Source of the DNA: Malacoraja senta
Taxonomy: Eukaryota
Assembly (NCBI GenBank): GCA_038087875.1
Contig: JAXLNO010000101.1
Coordinates: forward strand, 124,001 to 188,000
Direction: 5' to 3'
Length of the DNA stretch: 64,000 bases
The notes beneath the pieces were generated by a model, which saw only the letters and a program-made list of their open reading frames with translations, ran no database searches and was not told the DNA's origin. This document shows, piece after piece, positions 42,719-54,049 of this stretch. How positions within the stretch are numbered: position 1 is the first letter of the stretch; each line of letters begins with the position of its first letter. The position numbers and the translations under genes were made by a program.

Positions 42719-45613
42719 CTAGGTCCATATCCCTGCCCTCTCCCCGTAGCCCCTTATCCCCTTGGCAGCTAAAAAACCATCTATTTTAGACTTAAATATA
42801 TTTAATGTTTCTGCTTCCACTGCTCCCTGGGGCAGTGAATTCCATAAATTAACCACCCTCTGGGTGAAGAAGTTCTTCCTCATCTCAGTTTTAAAAGAGC
42901 CCCCTCTTATTCTACAACTATGTCCCCTAGTTCTAGTTTCCCCGATCATTGGGAACATCCTCGGTGCATCCACCCGATCAAGGCCCCTCACGATCTTATA
43001 TGTTTCAATGAGATCGCCTCTCATTCTTCTAAACTCCAAAGAGTAGAGTTCCAGCCTACTTAACCTTTCCTCATATGTCAATCCCCTCATTGCAGGAATT
43101 AATCTTGTAAACCTTCGCTGCACTGCCTCCAGGGCCAGTACATCCTTTCTTAAGTATGGACCCCAGAACTGTACACAGTATTCCAAATGTGGTCTCACTA
43201 ATACTGTGTACAGCTGCAGCAAGACCTCCGTGTTTTTATACTCAATCCCCCTAGCAATAAAGGCCAAAACTCCATTGGCCTTCCTGATTGCTTGCTGCAC
43301 CTGCATACTAACTTTTAGTGATTCATGTACTACTACCGCTAGATCCCTTTGCGTTGCATTACAAAGCAGCTCCACCTCATTTAGAAAATAACTTGCCCTA
43401 TCATTTTTTTTCCCAAAGTGAATGACTTCACATTTATTAGTATTAAATTTCATCTGCCAAGTTGTTGCCCACTCACCTAGCTTATCTATATCCTTTTGCA
43501 GACTCTTCCTATCCTCCTCATCCCCTACTTTTCCTCCCATTTTTGTATCGTCCGCAAATTTTGATATATTACACTTGGTTCCCTCCTCCAAATCATTTAT
43601 ATAAATTGTGAACAACTGGGGTCCCAGCACCGACCCTTGCGGAACCCCGCTAGTTACCGGTTGCCATCCCGAGTATGAACCATTTATCCCCACTCTCTGC
43701 TTCCTATTTGTTAGCCAATCCTCTACCCATGCTAATATATTACCCCCAATCCCATAATTTTTTATTTTTAGCAATAGTCTCTTATGTGGCACCTTGTCAA
43801 AAGCCTTTTGGAAGTCCAAGTATACCACATCCACGGGTTCCCCTTTATCCACCCGGGTTGTTACTTCCTCAAAGAATTCGAGCAGATTCGTTAAACAGGA
43901 CTTCCCCTTCACAAAACCATGCTGGTTCTGTCCGATGAAGTCATGTTTATCCAAGTGCCCCGTTAGTGTTTCTTTAATAATTGTCTCTAACATTTTACCC
44001 ACCACCGATGTTAGACTAACCGGTCTATAGTTACCCGCCTTCTGTTTACTTCCTTTTTTAAATATAGGTGTTACATTGGCCATTTTCCAATCCACTGGGA
44101 CCGTTCCTGCCTCCAGGGAGTTTTGGAAAATTATCACCAATGCATCCACAATCCCCACCGCTATCTCCCTCAAGACCCTTGGATGTAATCCATCAGGCCC
44201 AGGGGATTTATCCTCCTTCAGTCTCATTAATTTCCCTAATACCACCTCCTTGGTGATCTTAATAGTATTTAGCTCCTCCATTCCTACCGCCCCCTGTTTA
44301 TCCAGCGTTGGAATATTTTTTGTGTCTTCTATGGTGAAGACTGATACAAAATACTCGTTTAATGCCTTTGCCATTTCCATGTTCCCCACCAACAACTCTC
44401 CAGTCTCACCCTCCAATGGACCAACGTTCACCTTAGCCACCCTTTTTCTTTTTATATAGCTATAAAAACTCTTACTATTAGTTTTTATGTTGTTCGCTAA
44501 ATTCCTTTCATAGTCTATTTTCCCCGTCTTAATTAATCTCTTAGTTATTTTTTGCTGACCTTTAAATGCTTCCCAATCCTCTACCCTCCCACTATCTCTA
44601 GCTACCTTATATGCCCTTGCCTTCAGCCGAATACTATCCTTTATAGTTTTACTGAGCCATGGCTGACTGTTCTTTCCCTTACCCCTTTTTTTCTTCATAG
44701 GAATAAATTTTTCTTGAAGGTTATACAGTAGATCCTTAAACGTACACCACTGCTCATGTACCGTCTTATTCTTGAGTCTGCTATCCCAGTCAACTTTGAT
44801 CAGCTCAGTCCTCATACCTTCATAATCCCCTTTATTTAGACTAAGTACCCTAGCCTGAGTTTCAACCTGCTCTCCTTCTATTTGAATATGGAATTCGACC
44901 ATTTTGTGGTCACTTGTTCCCAACGAGTCCCTAACTATGACATTTTTAATTAATCCTGCTTCATTACACAGGACCAGATCCAAGATTGCCTCCCTCCTTG
45001 TCGGTTCTGTGACATACTGTTCTAGGAACCCGTCTCTAATACATTCTATAAACTCTTCCTCTAGTCTACCCTGCCCAGTTTGGTTTGCCCAATTAATATG
45101 AAAATTGAAGTCCCCCATGATTACAGCAGTTCCCTTTTTACATGCGTCAACTATTTGCAGATTTATGTTCTGACTAACAGCGTCACAGCTATTTGGAGGT
45201 CTATAAATTACACCCACTAGTGTTTTTTTCCCCTTATTATTCTCTATCTGTACCCAAGCTGTTTCACTATCCTGATCCTTCAACGCAATATCCTTCCTCT
45301 CTATTGCCGTTATTCCCTCCCTTATTAAAAGGGCCACCCCTCCTCCCTTTCTTTCCTGTCTATCTTTTCTAATTGTCGAGTACCCCTCTATATTTAACTC
45401 CCAATCCTGATCCCCTTGCAGCCATGTCTCCGTAATGGCCACGATATCATAACTATATGTACTTAATTGCACCGTTAATTCATTTATCTTATTTCGAATA
45501 CTCCGTGCATTTAGATACAGCGCTTTCAGATGATTTTTACTACCCTTCCTTTCTGTTTTTGCCCCTTTTACATCTAGAGCTTTATCTTCACACATTCTGG
45601 ATCCTCCTGTCAC
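42719..45613 (-). CDS. CR1 ORF2: AP endonuclease + reverse transcriptase (964 aa)
   Basis: YLNARSI, ITETWL, MGDFN, TSDH; PGPDG, NYRPVSLTS, LDFQKAFD, GVPQGSVLGP, KFADD; no stops. Confidence 0.96.
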   Translation of the reverse strand: MTGGSRMCEDKALDVKGAKTERKGSKNHLKALYLNARSIRNKINELTVQLSTYSYDIVAITETWLQGDQDWELNIEGYSTIRKDRQERKGGGVALLIREGITAIERKDIALKDQDSETAWVQIENNKGKKTLVGVIYRPPNSCDAVSQNINLQIVDACKKGTAVIMGDFNFHINWANQTGQGRLEEEFIECIRDGFLEQYVTEPTRREAILDLVLCNEAGLIKNVIVRDSLGTSDHKMVEFHIQIEGEQVETQARVLSLNKGDYEGMRTELIKVDWDSRLKNKTVHEQWCTFKDLLYNLQEKFIPMKKKRGKGKNSQPWLSKTIKDSIRLKARAYKVARDSGRVEDWEAFKGQQKITKRLIKTGKIDYERNLANNIKTNSKSFYSYIKRKRVAKVNVGPLEGETGELLVGNMEMAKALNEYFVSVFTIEDTKNIPTLDKQGAVGMEELNTIKITKEVVLGKLMRLKEDKSPGPDGLHPRVLREIAVGIVDALVIIFQNSLEAGTVPVDWKMANVTPIFKKGSKQKAGNYRPVSLTSVVGKMLETIIKETLTGHLDKHDFIGQNQHGFVKGKSCLTNLLEFFEEVTTRVDKGEPVDVVYLDFQKAFDKVPHKRLLLKIKNYGIGGNILAWVEDWLTNRKQRVGINGSYSGWQPVTSGVPQGSVLGPQLFTIYINDLEEGTKCNISKFADDTKMGGKVGDEEDRKSLQKDIDKLGEWATTWQMKFNTNKCEVIHFGKKNDRASYFLNEVELLCNATQRDLAVVVHESLKVSMQVQQAIRKANGVLAFIARGIEYKNTEVLLQLYTVLVRPHLEYCVQFWGPYLRKDVLALEAVQRRFTRLIPAMRGLTYEERLSRLELYSLEFRRMRGDLIETYKIVRGLDRVDAPRMFPMIGETRTRGHSCRIRGGSFKTEMRKNFFTQRVVNLWNSLPQGAVEAETLNIFKSKIDGFLAAKGIRGYGERAGIWT

Positions 45614-45702
45614 ATTTTGATTTTCCGTTTCCCCACTGATACCCTGCTCTATTTCCTCTACCCCTGCCGTTATTACCCCCCTTGATACCTCCCCCCCGCT
45701 AC

Positions 45703-46656
45703 TTAGTTTAAAGACCTCTCTACTGCCCTAGTTATATGATTTGCCAGGACCCCAGTCCCAGCACCGTTCAGGTGAAGTCCGTCCTTACAGAACAGATCCC
45801 CCCTGTCCCAGTACTGGTGCCAGTGGCCCAAGAAACCAAACCCATTTTTCCCACACCAGTCTTTGAGCCACGCATTCAGCTTTTTAATTTTTCGTACCCT
45901 CGCCGATTTGGCCCGTGGCTCAGGTAGCAATCCGGAGATCAGTACCCTCGAGGTTCTGCTTTTTAATTTATTCCCTAACTGCTCAAACTCGTTCAGCAGA
46001 TCCTCCTTCCTCGTCCTTCCTATGTCATTGGTCCCCACATGGACCACGACCACTGGATCCTCCCCCTCACTCTGCAAATTTCTCTCCAGCATCGCAGAGA
46101 TATCCTTAACCCGAGCACCGGGTAGGCAACACAGCCTTCGGGACATGTTCTGCTGGCCGCAGAGAACCTTATCTACCCCCCGAATAATACTATCCCCTAT
46201 CACCACGGCATTTCTTCTAACTCCCCCCTCTTGAATGGCCCCCTGATCCACGGTGCTGCAGCCAGGTTGCTCATCCCTCCCACAGCCCCTGATCCCGTCC
46301 TCACATTGAGTAAGAGCCTCGGTCATGCTCGTCAGGGACAAGGGCTGTGGCTCCTGCCGCATCTCCTCCTGGTTCCCCCTACCTGCCTCGCTTATGGCCA
46401 CACCTTCCTTTCCCTGCTCACTAACTACTGAATTAGTTAAACTGGTCGGTGTGACCATCCCCTGGCACAAAACATCCAGGTAATACTCCCCCTCCCTGAT
46501 GCACCGCAGCGTATGAAGTTGGGTCTCCAGCTCATCAATGCGGAGCTCGAGTTCCGCTAGCTTCAAACACTTACTGCAGCTGTAGGGATCATCTACATCA
46601 ATGGTGTCGACAATTTCCCACATCTCACAGTATTGGCACATCTCCTGGCCACCCAT
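45703..46656 (-). CDS. CR1 ORF1: zinc finger/leucine zipper + SGNH esterase (317 aa)
   Basis: CQYC..CSKC, heptad leucines, VIGDSII, VHVGTNDI, DGLHLN. Confidence 0.93.
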   Translation of the reverse strand: MGGQEMCQYCEMWEIVDTIDVDDPYSCSKCLKLAELELRIDELETQLHTLRCIREGEYYLDVLCQGMVTPTSLTNSVVSEQGKEGVAISEAGRGNQEEMRQEPQPLSLTSMTEALTQCEDGIRGCGRDEQPGCSTVDQGAIQEGGVRRNAVVIGDSIIRGVDKVLCGQQNMSRRLCCLPGARVKDISAMLERNLQSEGEDPVVVVHVGTNDIGRTRKEDLLNEFEQLGNKLKSRTSRVLISGLLPEPRAKSARVRKIKKLNAWLKDWCGKNGFGFLGHWHQYWDRGDLFCKDGLHLNGAGTGVLANHITRAVERSLN

Positions 46657-47363
46657 CTTATATAAGTAATTAACTGGTCCTATTAAGAATAAAGTCTGCC
46701 TGTGCTTGGCTTCTACTTTTCAACTGTTTTTCCCCCCTCTGACTCACTTCTCTCCTCCCACTCGGGCTAGAGCCAATCAGTCGTATCTCTTGCTAATCTC
46801 CTGCTGCTGTTGCTCCCAAATCTACAGCAGTTCTGTTGTAAACTTTCTTCCCAAGTATCTTTCGTTATTATTTGATTTAATTATTTTTCCCATGTTTGTC
46901 TGTGTAAGTCCGTCGATGGAATGTCTGTCTAATAAGATATTATATATATAAAATATTAATTTTTCTGTATTAGGATGTTTATTCCAACATTCGTCAAGAA
47001 TTTCTGAATTTCTAATTCGAAAATTTTGAGTATTCGATTTTACATAATCTCTGAGTTGAAGATATCTGAAATAATCATTTCCTCGAAGTCCATAAGTCTG
47101 TTGCAACTCCGGAAATGTCAGAAAAGTGCCTTCCTTATAAAGTTGTCCCATATTTTTAATTCCATAATTCTTCCATAGTGTAAAACCCCTGTCCAACCAT
47201 GAGGGTTTAAACAAAGGGTTATTCACAATTGGGAGAAAAAGTGATAAATTATCTAATTTTAATGTCTTTTTTAATTGTTTCCAAATTCGTATGGCACTAA
47301 ATATTATAGGGTTTTCCCTATAAATTTTTTTGTTTAATTTAGATGTAGCAAATAATATCGAAC

Positions 47364-47563
47364 NNNNNNNNNNNNNNNNNNNNNNNNNNNNNNNNNNNNN
47401 NNNNNNNNNNNNNNNNNNNNNNNNNNNNNNNNNNNNNNNNNNNNNNNNNNNNNNNNNNNNNNNNNNNNNNNNNNNNNNNNNNNNNNNNNNNNNNNNNNNN
47501 NNNNNNNNNNNNNNNNNNNNNNNNNNNNNNNNNNNNNNNNNNNNNNNNNNNNNNNNNNNNNNN
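47364..47563. other. Assembly gap (200 N)
   Basis: Run of N. Confidence 1.
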
Positions 47564-49530
47564 ATCAGCTTTAGGAATAAGCGTTATATAGATTCATTTA
47601 AAGTATCTGGGAGTTTCTGTTGAGTATAGATATGCTCATACAGCCTTTGTAAACGTGGGCAAAGCAAGTCATAATTTTTTTTATAAAATTCAGAGCCTAA
47701 ACCATCTGGTCCTACTGCTTACCATTTTTTTAAAGAGCCAATAGATTCCTCAATATCCTTTATCGTAATCTCCCTTTCTAATAATTCTCTATCATTTGAA
47801 TCTAAACCTTTTAAATTACATTTTAGTAAAAAAATCTGCTATTCCTTCTGTTTGTGTTACAGTTTTAGTTGAATAAAGGTTATGATAGTATTGGAGAAAT
47901 CTTTCATTTATGTCCTTGGGCATTTTTAATAATTCTCCTATCTCTGTTCTAATTTTATGAATTATGTTTTCCCCTTCCATTTTTCGTAACTGACGTGCTA
48001 ATAGTTTTTTGTGGTTTGTCTCCGAATTCAAAATGTAATTGTTTGGTTTTTTGATAAAGTTTTATTACTTGTTCTGAATACATTTTATTTAATTTATATT
48101 TCAATACAGCAATTTTATTATGTTTTGAAATAGATGGCAATCTCGCATTTCCTATATCTAGTTGCTTGATTTCTCCTTCCAATGTTTGTTGTTTAATCCT
48201 GTTCTCTTTATTATAAAATGCTTGAGCAGAAATTAATGCACCTCGAACAAACGCTTTAAAACGTTTCCCACATAAGATAAGTAGGTGTATAAGGGTTATC
48301 ATTTACCTCCAAAAATATTTGAATCTGTTTAATAATATATTCCTGGCATGATCTTTCGTTCAAAATTTGTGGGTTAAATCTCCAATATGTTTGTTTCTCG
48401 GACATTCCATTTAATTTAATCATGAATGTTACAGGTGCGTGGTCTGAGATTATAAAATTATGGTATTTTGAGTTATAAGTAAATGGGATAAGCGTGGAGT
48501 CAACTAAAAAATAATCTATTCTTGAGTATGTTTTGTGTACTGGTGAGTAAATGAATATTCCCGTCCAGTTGGATTTTCTATTCTCCAGACATCCTTAATA
48601 TTAGTGGTATTAATAAATGAATTTAGAAATACACTTGATTGAGATTTGACTTTTTTTGCCTTGATGATCTATCTAAGTATGAATCTAATGTACAATTGAA
48701 GTCTCCTCCAATTATTAATTTATATTGTGTAAATTCAGGAATTTTATTAAATGTTTTATTAAAGAACATAGGGTTATCAAAATTAGGCCCATATACATTA
48801 AGAAGAATCACTTTTTCTCCATTTAGCTCTCCGACTAATATAATATATCTACCATCAATATCCGCTATTGTTGATGAATTCGTAAAAGGTATACCTTTAC
48901 GAATTAATATTGCAACTCCTCTGGACTTATGGGAAAAAGAGGAATGATATGATTCAGCGATCCACTTAGCTTTAAGTCTGTGTTGAGATTCCTTTTTAAG
49001 GTGTGTTTCTTGAAGGAATATTATATCTGTTTTGATTAGATTTAGATGTGCCAAGACTTTACCTCTCTTAATTGGTTCATTGATTCCCTTGACATTCCAA
49101 CTACAAAATGTTATTCCCTGACCCCCTCTTGTCATATTAACATCTTGCATATTGTTTCTAAGGTGGTTATAACCGAGCAGAAGGTGCAACACATAAAACC
49201 TGACCCTGCTCCTGAACCTCAAATGGATGAATTTAAAATCATATACATCGCTCTTCCGAACACATCTCCTTGTATTATTCTTGTTTTTCCATTCAAACAT
49301 TAAGTTATAAAAATATTTAAAGTGAAAAAAGTGATAGAATTGGTTAGCATAGGGTGAAAGAAAAAAAACTACATCTACAATTAGTGTAGTTAGTGATAGC
49401 CACACTAACGTGGCTAGAATTCTAAAGACTTCCGTAGCCTTTGTAAAAAAAAAATTCCCAGCTCCGTGCCGAAAAAAAAAGAAAAAGATTATTTCTAATA
49501 ATCAAATAATTTCTTTGGGAGTAACAAACA

Positions 49531-49573
49531 TATATACATACCCATACATACGTACACATATACGTACATATAT

Positions 49574-49628
<55 letters not shown>

Positions 49629-49645
49629 CACATGCATACATACAT
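49531..49645. repeat. (TA)n microsatellite with TACA-type flanks in the L1 inter-ORF spacer
   Basis: Pure TA run at ~49582-49626. Confidence 0.95.
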
Positions 49646-50178
49646 AAGCACGCATCCCTGCAGAAAAGTCCGAGAACAGCATAAATTCATAACGTTATTA
49701 TTCTCTACATATCATATTAATATCCTCACTAAATCTATAAATTTAATTTTAAATTGAAAAATAAAGAGAAAAACCGTCAAACCTTATTATGACGTAGGCT
49801 GAATACCTCTTGCATATCTTCCTATATAATATAAGTATGTGATTCATTTCCACGTTAACCAAAGACTGTTAGTTATTAATCATTGTTATCAATCATACCC
49901 AGTAATAAATTTTTATGAGTAATATAAATGTTAATAATTTTAGTAGTAATATAGATATTTAATAAGTATTAGTTATTACATATATAGTTAGATATGAATA
50001 TACAGATAATAATAGTGATTAATAAAAATAAAAAAAAATAAAAAAACCACGGTTTTCTCCAATGTCCACCGTCCATTCGGTTTTCGAATGTCCTTAAAGC
50101 TCTTAAAAGGACTTTAAAGATCCTTATAGATCTGGCGGTCCCTTTAATCCTTGACTCCTGAGGAGTAATGTAAATTCT

Positions 50179-51147
50179 TCAGTCTGCAGTCACGTTCCCG
50201 ATTTCTTTGGCGAATTCCAGTGCTTTTTCATGGTCTGTAAAAAATTGCTCCTTGTTCTTGTAGGTGACTCTTAGTCTTGCGGGGTAGAGCAGGCCGTATC
50301 TCAAATCAGGTACATTCTTCAGTATTCTTTTTGTCTCAGTGAACAGCGCCCTTTTCTTGAAGACCTCTGCCGGATAATCTCGGTAAATACTGAACCTCAC
50401 ACCTTCAAATTGGAGCTGTCCGCTTCGGACGATTTTCTTCATTATATCGTCAAATTCATGATCCAGTTGCACCTTTACGATAATTTGTCTTGGATGGGCA
50501 TCATCTTGTGTACGACGCCGCTGCGCTCTATGAGCTCGACCGAGTGAAGGTTTTTGATCCAATTTTAAGGCTTTTTGTAGTAGGTCTGCCACAAAATCCC
50601 GAGGGCCCATTTCCCTCTCACTTCCTTCTTTCACCCCTACAATTCTTAGATTCTTACGTCTTTGACGCCCCTCCAAATCGGTACATTTATCACTTAATTT
50701 GATCACCATACCGGTGAGGCGTTGGTTTTCAATAATGAGTCGACCTACAGTTTCCTCACTTGTCGCCGCCCATTTCTCAAGTTCGGTTATCGTTGTTCTA
50801 TGTTGTTCGAGTGCTTGATGAATGGGGTCCACCTCCATTTTAACGTTCGCTTCCACCGAAACGAGCCTGGCTTCCAGCACTTCCATCTGTTCCTTGACCT
50901 CCTCCTCCCTCGACCTCTTCCAGACTTCCAATATTTCTTGAACGGTAGAAAGCATTTCTGCTTTAAAATCTACCTTAAAAGAGTAAAGTTCCTCTTTAAA
51001 ATTCTCTCCAAAGGTTTTCAATTCAGCAGCGAGAAAAGCTTTAAGATCATCCATTTCAGTCTTTTTCTGCCTTGTTTTCTTCGGAGGGTCTTCCTGGTCC
51101 GTCATTGTAACTGAGGCCGAGGCCTCAGTTGGGCCTTCCTCTTCCAT
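50179..51147 (-). CDS. L1 ORF1 RNA-binding protein (322 aa)
   Basis: Coiled coil, DLEGRQRRKNLRIVGVKEG, RAHR, IYRDYP, GLLYPARLRVT. Confidence 0.92.
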   Translation of the reverse strand: MEEEGPTEASASVTMTDQEDPPKKTRQKKTEMDDLKAFLAAELKTFGENFKEELYSFKVDFKAEMLSTVQEILEVWKRSREEEVKEQMEVLEARLVSVEANVKMEVDPIHQALEQHRTTITELEKWAATSEETVGRLIIENQRLTGMVIKLSDKCTDLEGRQRRKNLRIVGVKEGSEREMGPRDFVADLLQKALKLDQKPSLGRAHRAQRRRTQDDAHPRQIIVKVQLDHEFDDIMKKIVRSGQLQFEGVRFSIYRDYPAEVFKKRALFTETKRILKNVPDLRYGLLYPARLRVTYKNKEQFFTDHEKALEFAKEIGNVTAD

Positions 51148-51372
51148 CGGTGGGGGTTTCCCTTTAGCGGTTTTTTGTGTGTCCCACGGGAGGGGGGGGA
51201 ACGTTGTATCGACATACTGTCAGAGTCGCGCTCCTGATGACGTCACGCGGCAGGCAGCCGTTCCGATCGCGATCGCTGCAGGTAAGACCCGATTTTCTCC
51301 CGTTTTCAGTTTTCTTCGGCACGGAGCTAGTTGGCGCTGGACTCAAGCCTCCATAGCGCCACCGGAAGTCTC

Positions 51373-52172
51373 GATGGTGGTCTTCTTGAAGCAGGTGGGT
51401 ACCTGAGACCGGAGTAGGGGGAGATTAAAGATGTCCCCAAATACTCCCGGGATATGGTCCACGCACCTACAAAGGAACTGGTCAGGAACACCGTCTGGGC
51501 CAGTTGCTTTTCGTGTGTTGACACCCAGGAAGGCCGATCTAACATCTGCTACTGTCACCCTGGGGAGAGGCACATTGGAGTCTGAAGGGAATGCTGTCAC
51601 CGCCCTGTTGGCCTTCTGCTCGAAGCGGGCAGAGAAAGCATTCAGTTCATCAGGTAGAGTCCTACTGTCACCAATGATGTTGCCTGAACTTGCTTTGTAT
51701 CCAGTTATCTTATTCAGACCTTGCCACGTTCTCCGTGTGCTCCAGTGATTATACTGGGACGCAAGTTTGTACCGGTATTGTCTCTTGGCATCCTTGATAG
51801 CATTACGGATATCATATTGGGCCTTCTTTTGCAGCTCGGGGTCTTTTGACTTGTATGCATCTGACCTGGCCTTCACCTGCGAATGTCCATGTTTTCCGTT
51901 TCGGGAATACTCGGATTGACGTCGTCGGCACACAGTCGTCCACTCACTTGCTGACGAAGTCAGTCTCAGCAGTGGCGTACTCATTCAGATTAGCAGCAGA
52001 ATCCCTGAATATGGACCCCGTCCACTGAATCAGAGGAGTCGCGTGAGATATCATCCGTGTCCGTTGGCCAGATGCTCACAACTCTCTTCATCGGGTTCTT
52101 CTGCTTCAATTGTTGTTTGTAGGCAGGGAGCAGAAGCACAGATCGGTTTCCCGAAATGTGTCCGAGGGACAG
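51373..52172 (-). mobile_element. Rex1/Babar LINE fragment
   Basis: WQGLNKITGYK, LPDELNAFSARFE, RKATGPDGVP, IFNL..QVPTCFKKTTI, then cut by the L1. Confidence 0.85.
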
Positions 52173-52564
52173 AGTAATAGGGAACAATCCCTACGGGATT
52201 CCTTTGGCGAGCCTAGACGTGGAAACAAATAAAATGTACTGAAGGGGACACAGTGGGACAGGCCAATGATCAGTAATGTTACTTGCTCCAGTTTGGCCAT
52301 TTTATTGTTTATTTAGCTGGGTTGGTGTGTGTGTGTTCATGTGTGTGTCTTCTCACACACGGTAGGAGTTATTTCATAGAGACCGCCAGGAGCACACATT
52401 AAGCTGGGAACACCAGCAGACAGAAACAGGAAAACACAGAGTGAGACATAAATACTCACAGAGACAAGTAGAAACATTCTCGGAAAGACGCAGGGCCCTC
52501 ACCTAATTCTACGTCGTTTTGCCTTCTCCTGATTTCCCATTTGATGGCGCATTCCCCTATTTCC

Positions 52565-52925
52565 AAGGTAGACAAAATGCAGGAGAAACTCAAAGGGTGA
52601 GGCGGTATCTCTGGAGCGAAGGAATAGGCGACGTTTCGGGTCGAGACCCTTCTTCAGACTGATGTGGGGGTGCAGTGGGGGGGGGCGGGAATAAGAAAAG
52701 AAGAGACGGAGACAGTAGGCTGTGGGTGAACTGCGAAGGGGGAGGAGTGAGAAAGGACTACCTGAAATTGGAGAAGTCAATGTTAATGCCGCTGGGGTGT
52801 AAACTACCCAAACGTAATATGTGGTGCTGCTCCACCAATTTGCGGTGGGACACACTCTGGCCATGGAGGAGGCCCAGGACAGAAAAGTCGGATTCGTAAT
52901 GGGAGGGGGAGTTGAAGTGTTGTTT
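52565..52925 (-). mobile_element. Penelope-like element 3' fragment
   Basis: Minus frame HFNSPSH..FSVLGLLH..RKLVEQHHILRLGSLHPSGINIDFSNFR* (GIY-YIG C-terminus), followed by CTGAAGAAGGGTCTCGACCCGAAACGTC. Confidence 0.85.
52626..52662 (-). ncRNA. Minimal hammerhead-ribozyme-like motif
   Basis: CUGAAGA, stem GGGUC/GACCC, GAAAC-GUC; stem I pairs weakly. Confidence 0.55.
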
Positions 52926-53264
52926 CCCAAATGTTGGGGGAGTCCAGATCCACGGGCAACAGTTTAAGAATCATGGGTAGGCCATTTAGGACTGAGATGA
53001 AGAAAAACGTTTTTATCCAGAGAGTTGTGAATCAGTGCAGTTCTCTGCCACAGAAGATAGTGGAGGCCAATTCACTGGATGTTTTCAAAAGAGAGTTAGA
53101 TTTAGCTTTTAAGGCAAACGGAATCAAGGGATTTTAGAAGAAAACAGGAAAGGGGTACTGATTTTGGATGATCAGCCATGATCATATTGAATGGCGGTGC
53201 TGGGTCGAAGGGCCGAATGCTCTACTCCTGCACCTATTTTATATTGTTCTATGTTTCTATGTTT
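52926..53264 (+). mobile_element. CR1 3' fragment
   Basis: MLGESRSTG..RTEMKKN..RELD, CR1 3'UTR, TTCTATGTTTCTATGTTT tail. Confidence 0.9.
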
Positions 53265-53289
53265 CATGTATATCAACGTATTGATTGAG

Positions 53290-53680
53290 AAGGTGCAAGG
53301 TATGATTAGTAACTTTACAAATAAATACTAAGGCAAGTGTGCTGGTAGATTGGCAAGAAGGATATGACGAATGACGTTGGGATTTTGATCAGCTGGGAAA
53401 GTTGGCGGTGGAAGAGCGTATGGCATTTAATTTGTATACTTGTGATTTGTTTTATTTTGGTTGGTCATGTCAGGTCTTTCTCAATGACATGTTCGACCCT
53501 GCGGAGTATTGTAGAGCACGGAGATCTAGGAGTTCACGTCATATATATCTGAATTTGGAGTCGCGGGTCCTTAAGGTGGTAATGAAGATTTTGGCACGGT
53601 GTCTTTCACTAGTTACGGCAGTAAGTGCAGATGATGGGACGTTATATTACAGTTTACAAGACGTTTGTGAGGCCGCGCCT
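53290..53680 (+). mobile_element. Old degenerate CR1 RT fragment
   Basis: Residual similarity only (ATGATTAGTAA.., GATCTAGGAGT.., CAGTTTACAAGACGTTTGTGAGGCCG, resembling QLYKTLVRP). Confidence 0.55.
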
Positions 53681-54049
53681 GCTTGCAGTTCACATGCCGT
53701 CCACTGGATGTCCCCATCATTCAAAAGCTCGATATTGCACAACAGCCAGGAATTATTCTCCAGGAATAGATCAGTGTATCATAGTTCAGGAGTCTAAAAC
53801 AGAACTTCCAACAGCTCGCTCCGGTTAATAATAAATTAAGTATTTTCTTTAAATAAAATGTTCTTTTCAACGAACGTACGTGGGTTCCAAATGATACCCA
53901 AACGGACAGTCCTTGAAGCACAATGAGGATAACTATCTACATAACCTCCGAGAATCTTACAGTCACACAATAACGATGCTATAAATAGAGTTATAGTCAA
54001 ATCACCAACCAAGATATTTCTGAACCAGCAGTCCACGTCACGCAAAATG

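Larger units (their letters stand above)
42418..46832 (-). mobile_element. Near-complete CR1 LINE (5'UTR, ORF1, ORF2, 3'UTR; terminal tail absent)
   Basis: Two uninterrupted ORFs; 3'UTR at 42418-42718 ends in sequence homologous to the other CR1 3' ends. Confidence 0.95.
46833..51372 (-). mobile_element. L1/Tx1-clade LINE with intact 5' end and ORF1; ORF2 broken; 3' end missing
   Basis: Begins GAGACTTCCGGTGGCG on minus. ORF2 starts ~49150 (ITFCSWNVKG, FLQETHL, NVYGPN, GGDFN); KAVGPDG at ~47710; C-terminal LQLRDY; interrupted by CR1 after WEESLQQ. Confidence 0.92.

Noticed and set aside
49410..49757. IYIYIY-containing ORFs
   Set aside because: Translations of the (TA)n microsatellite.
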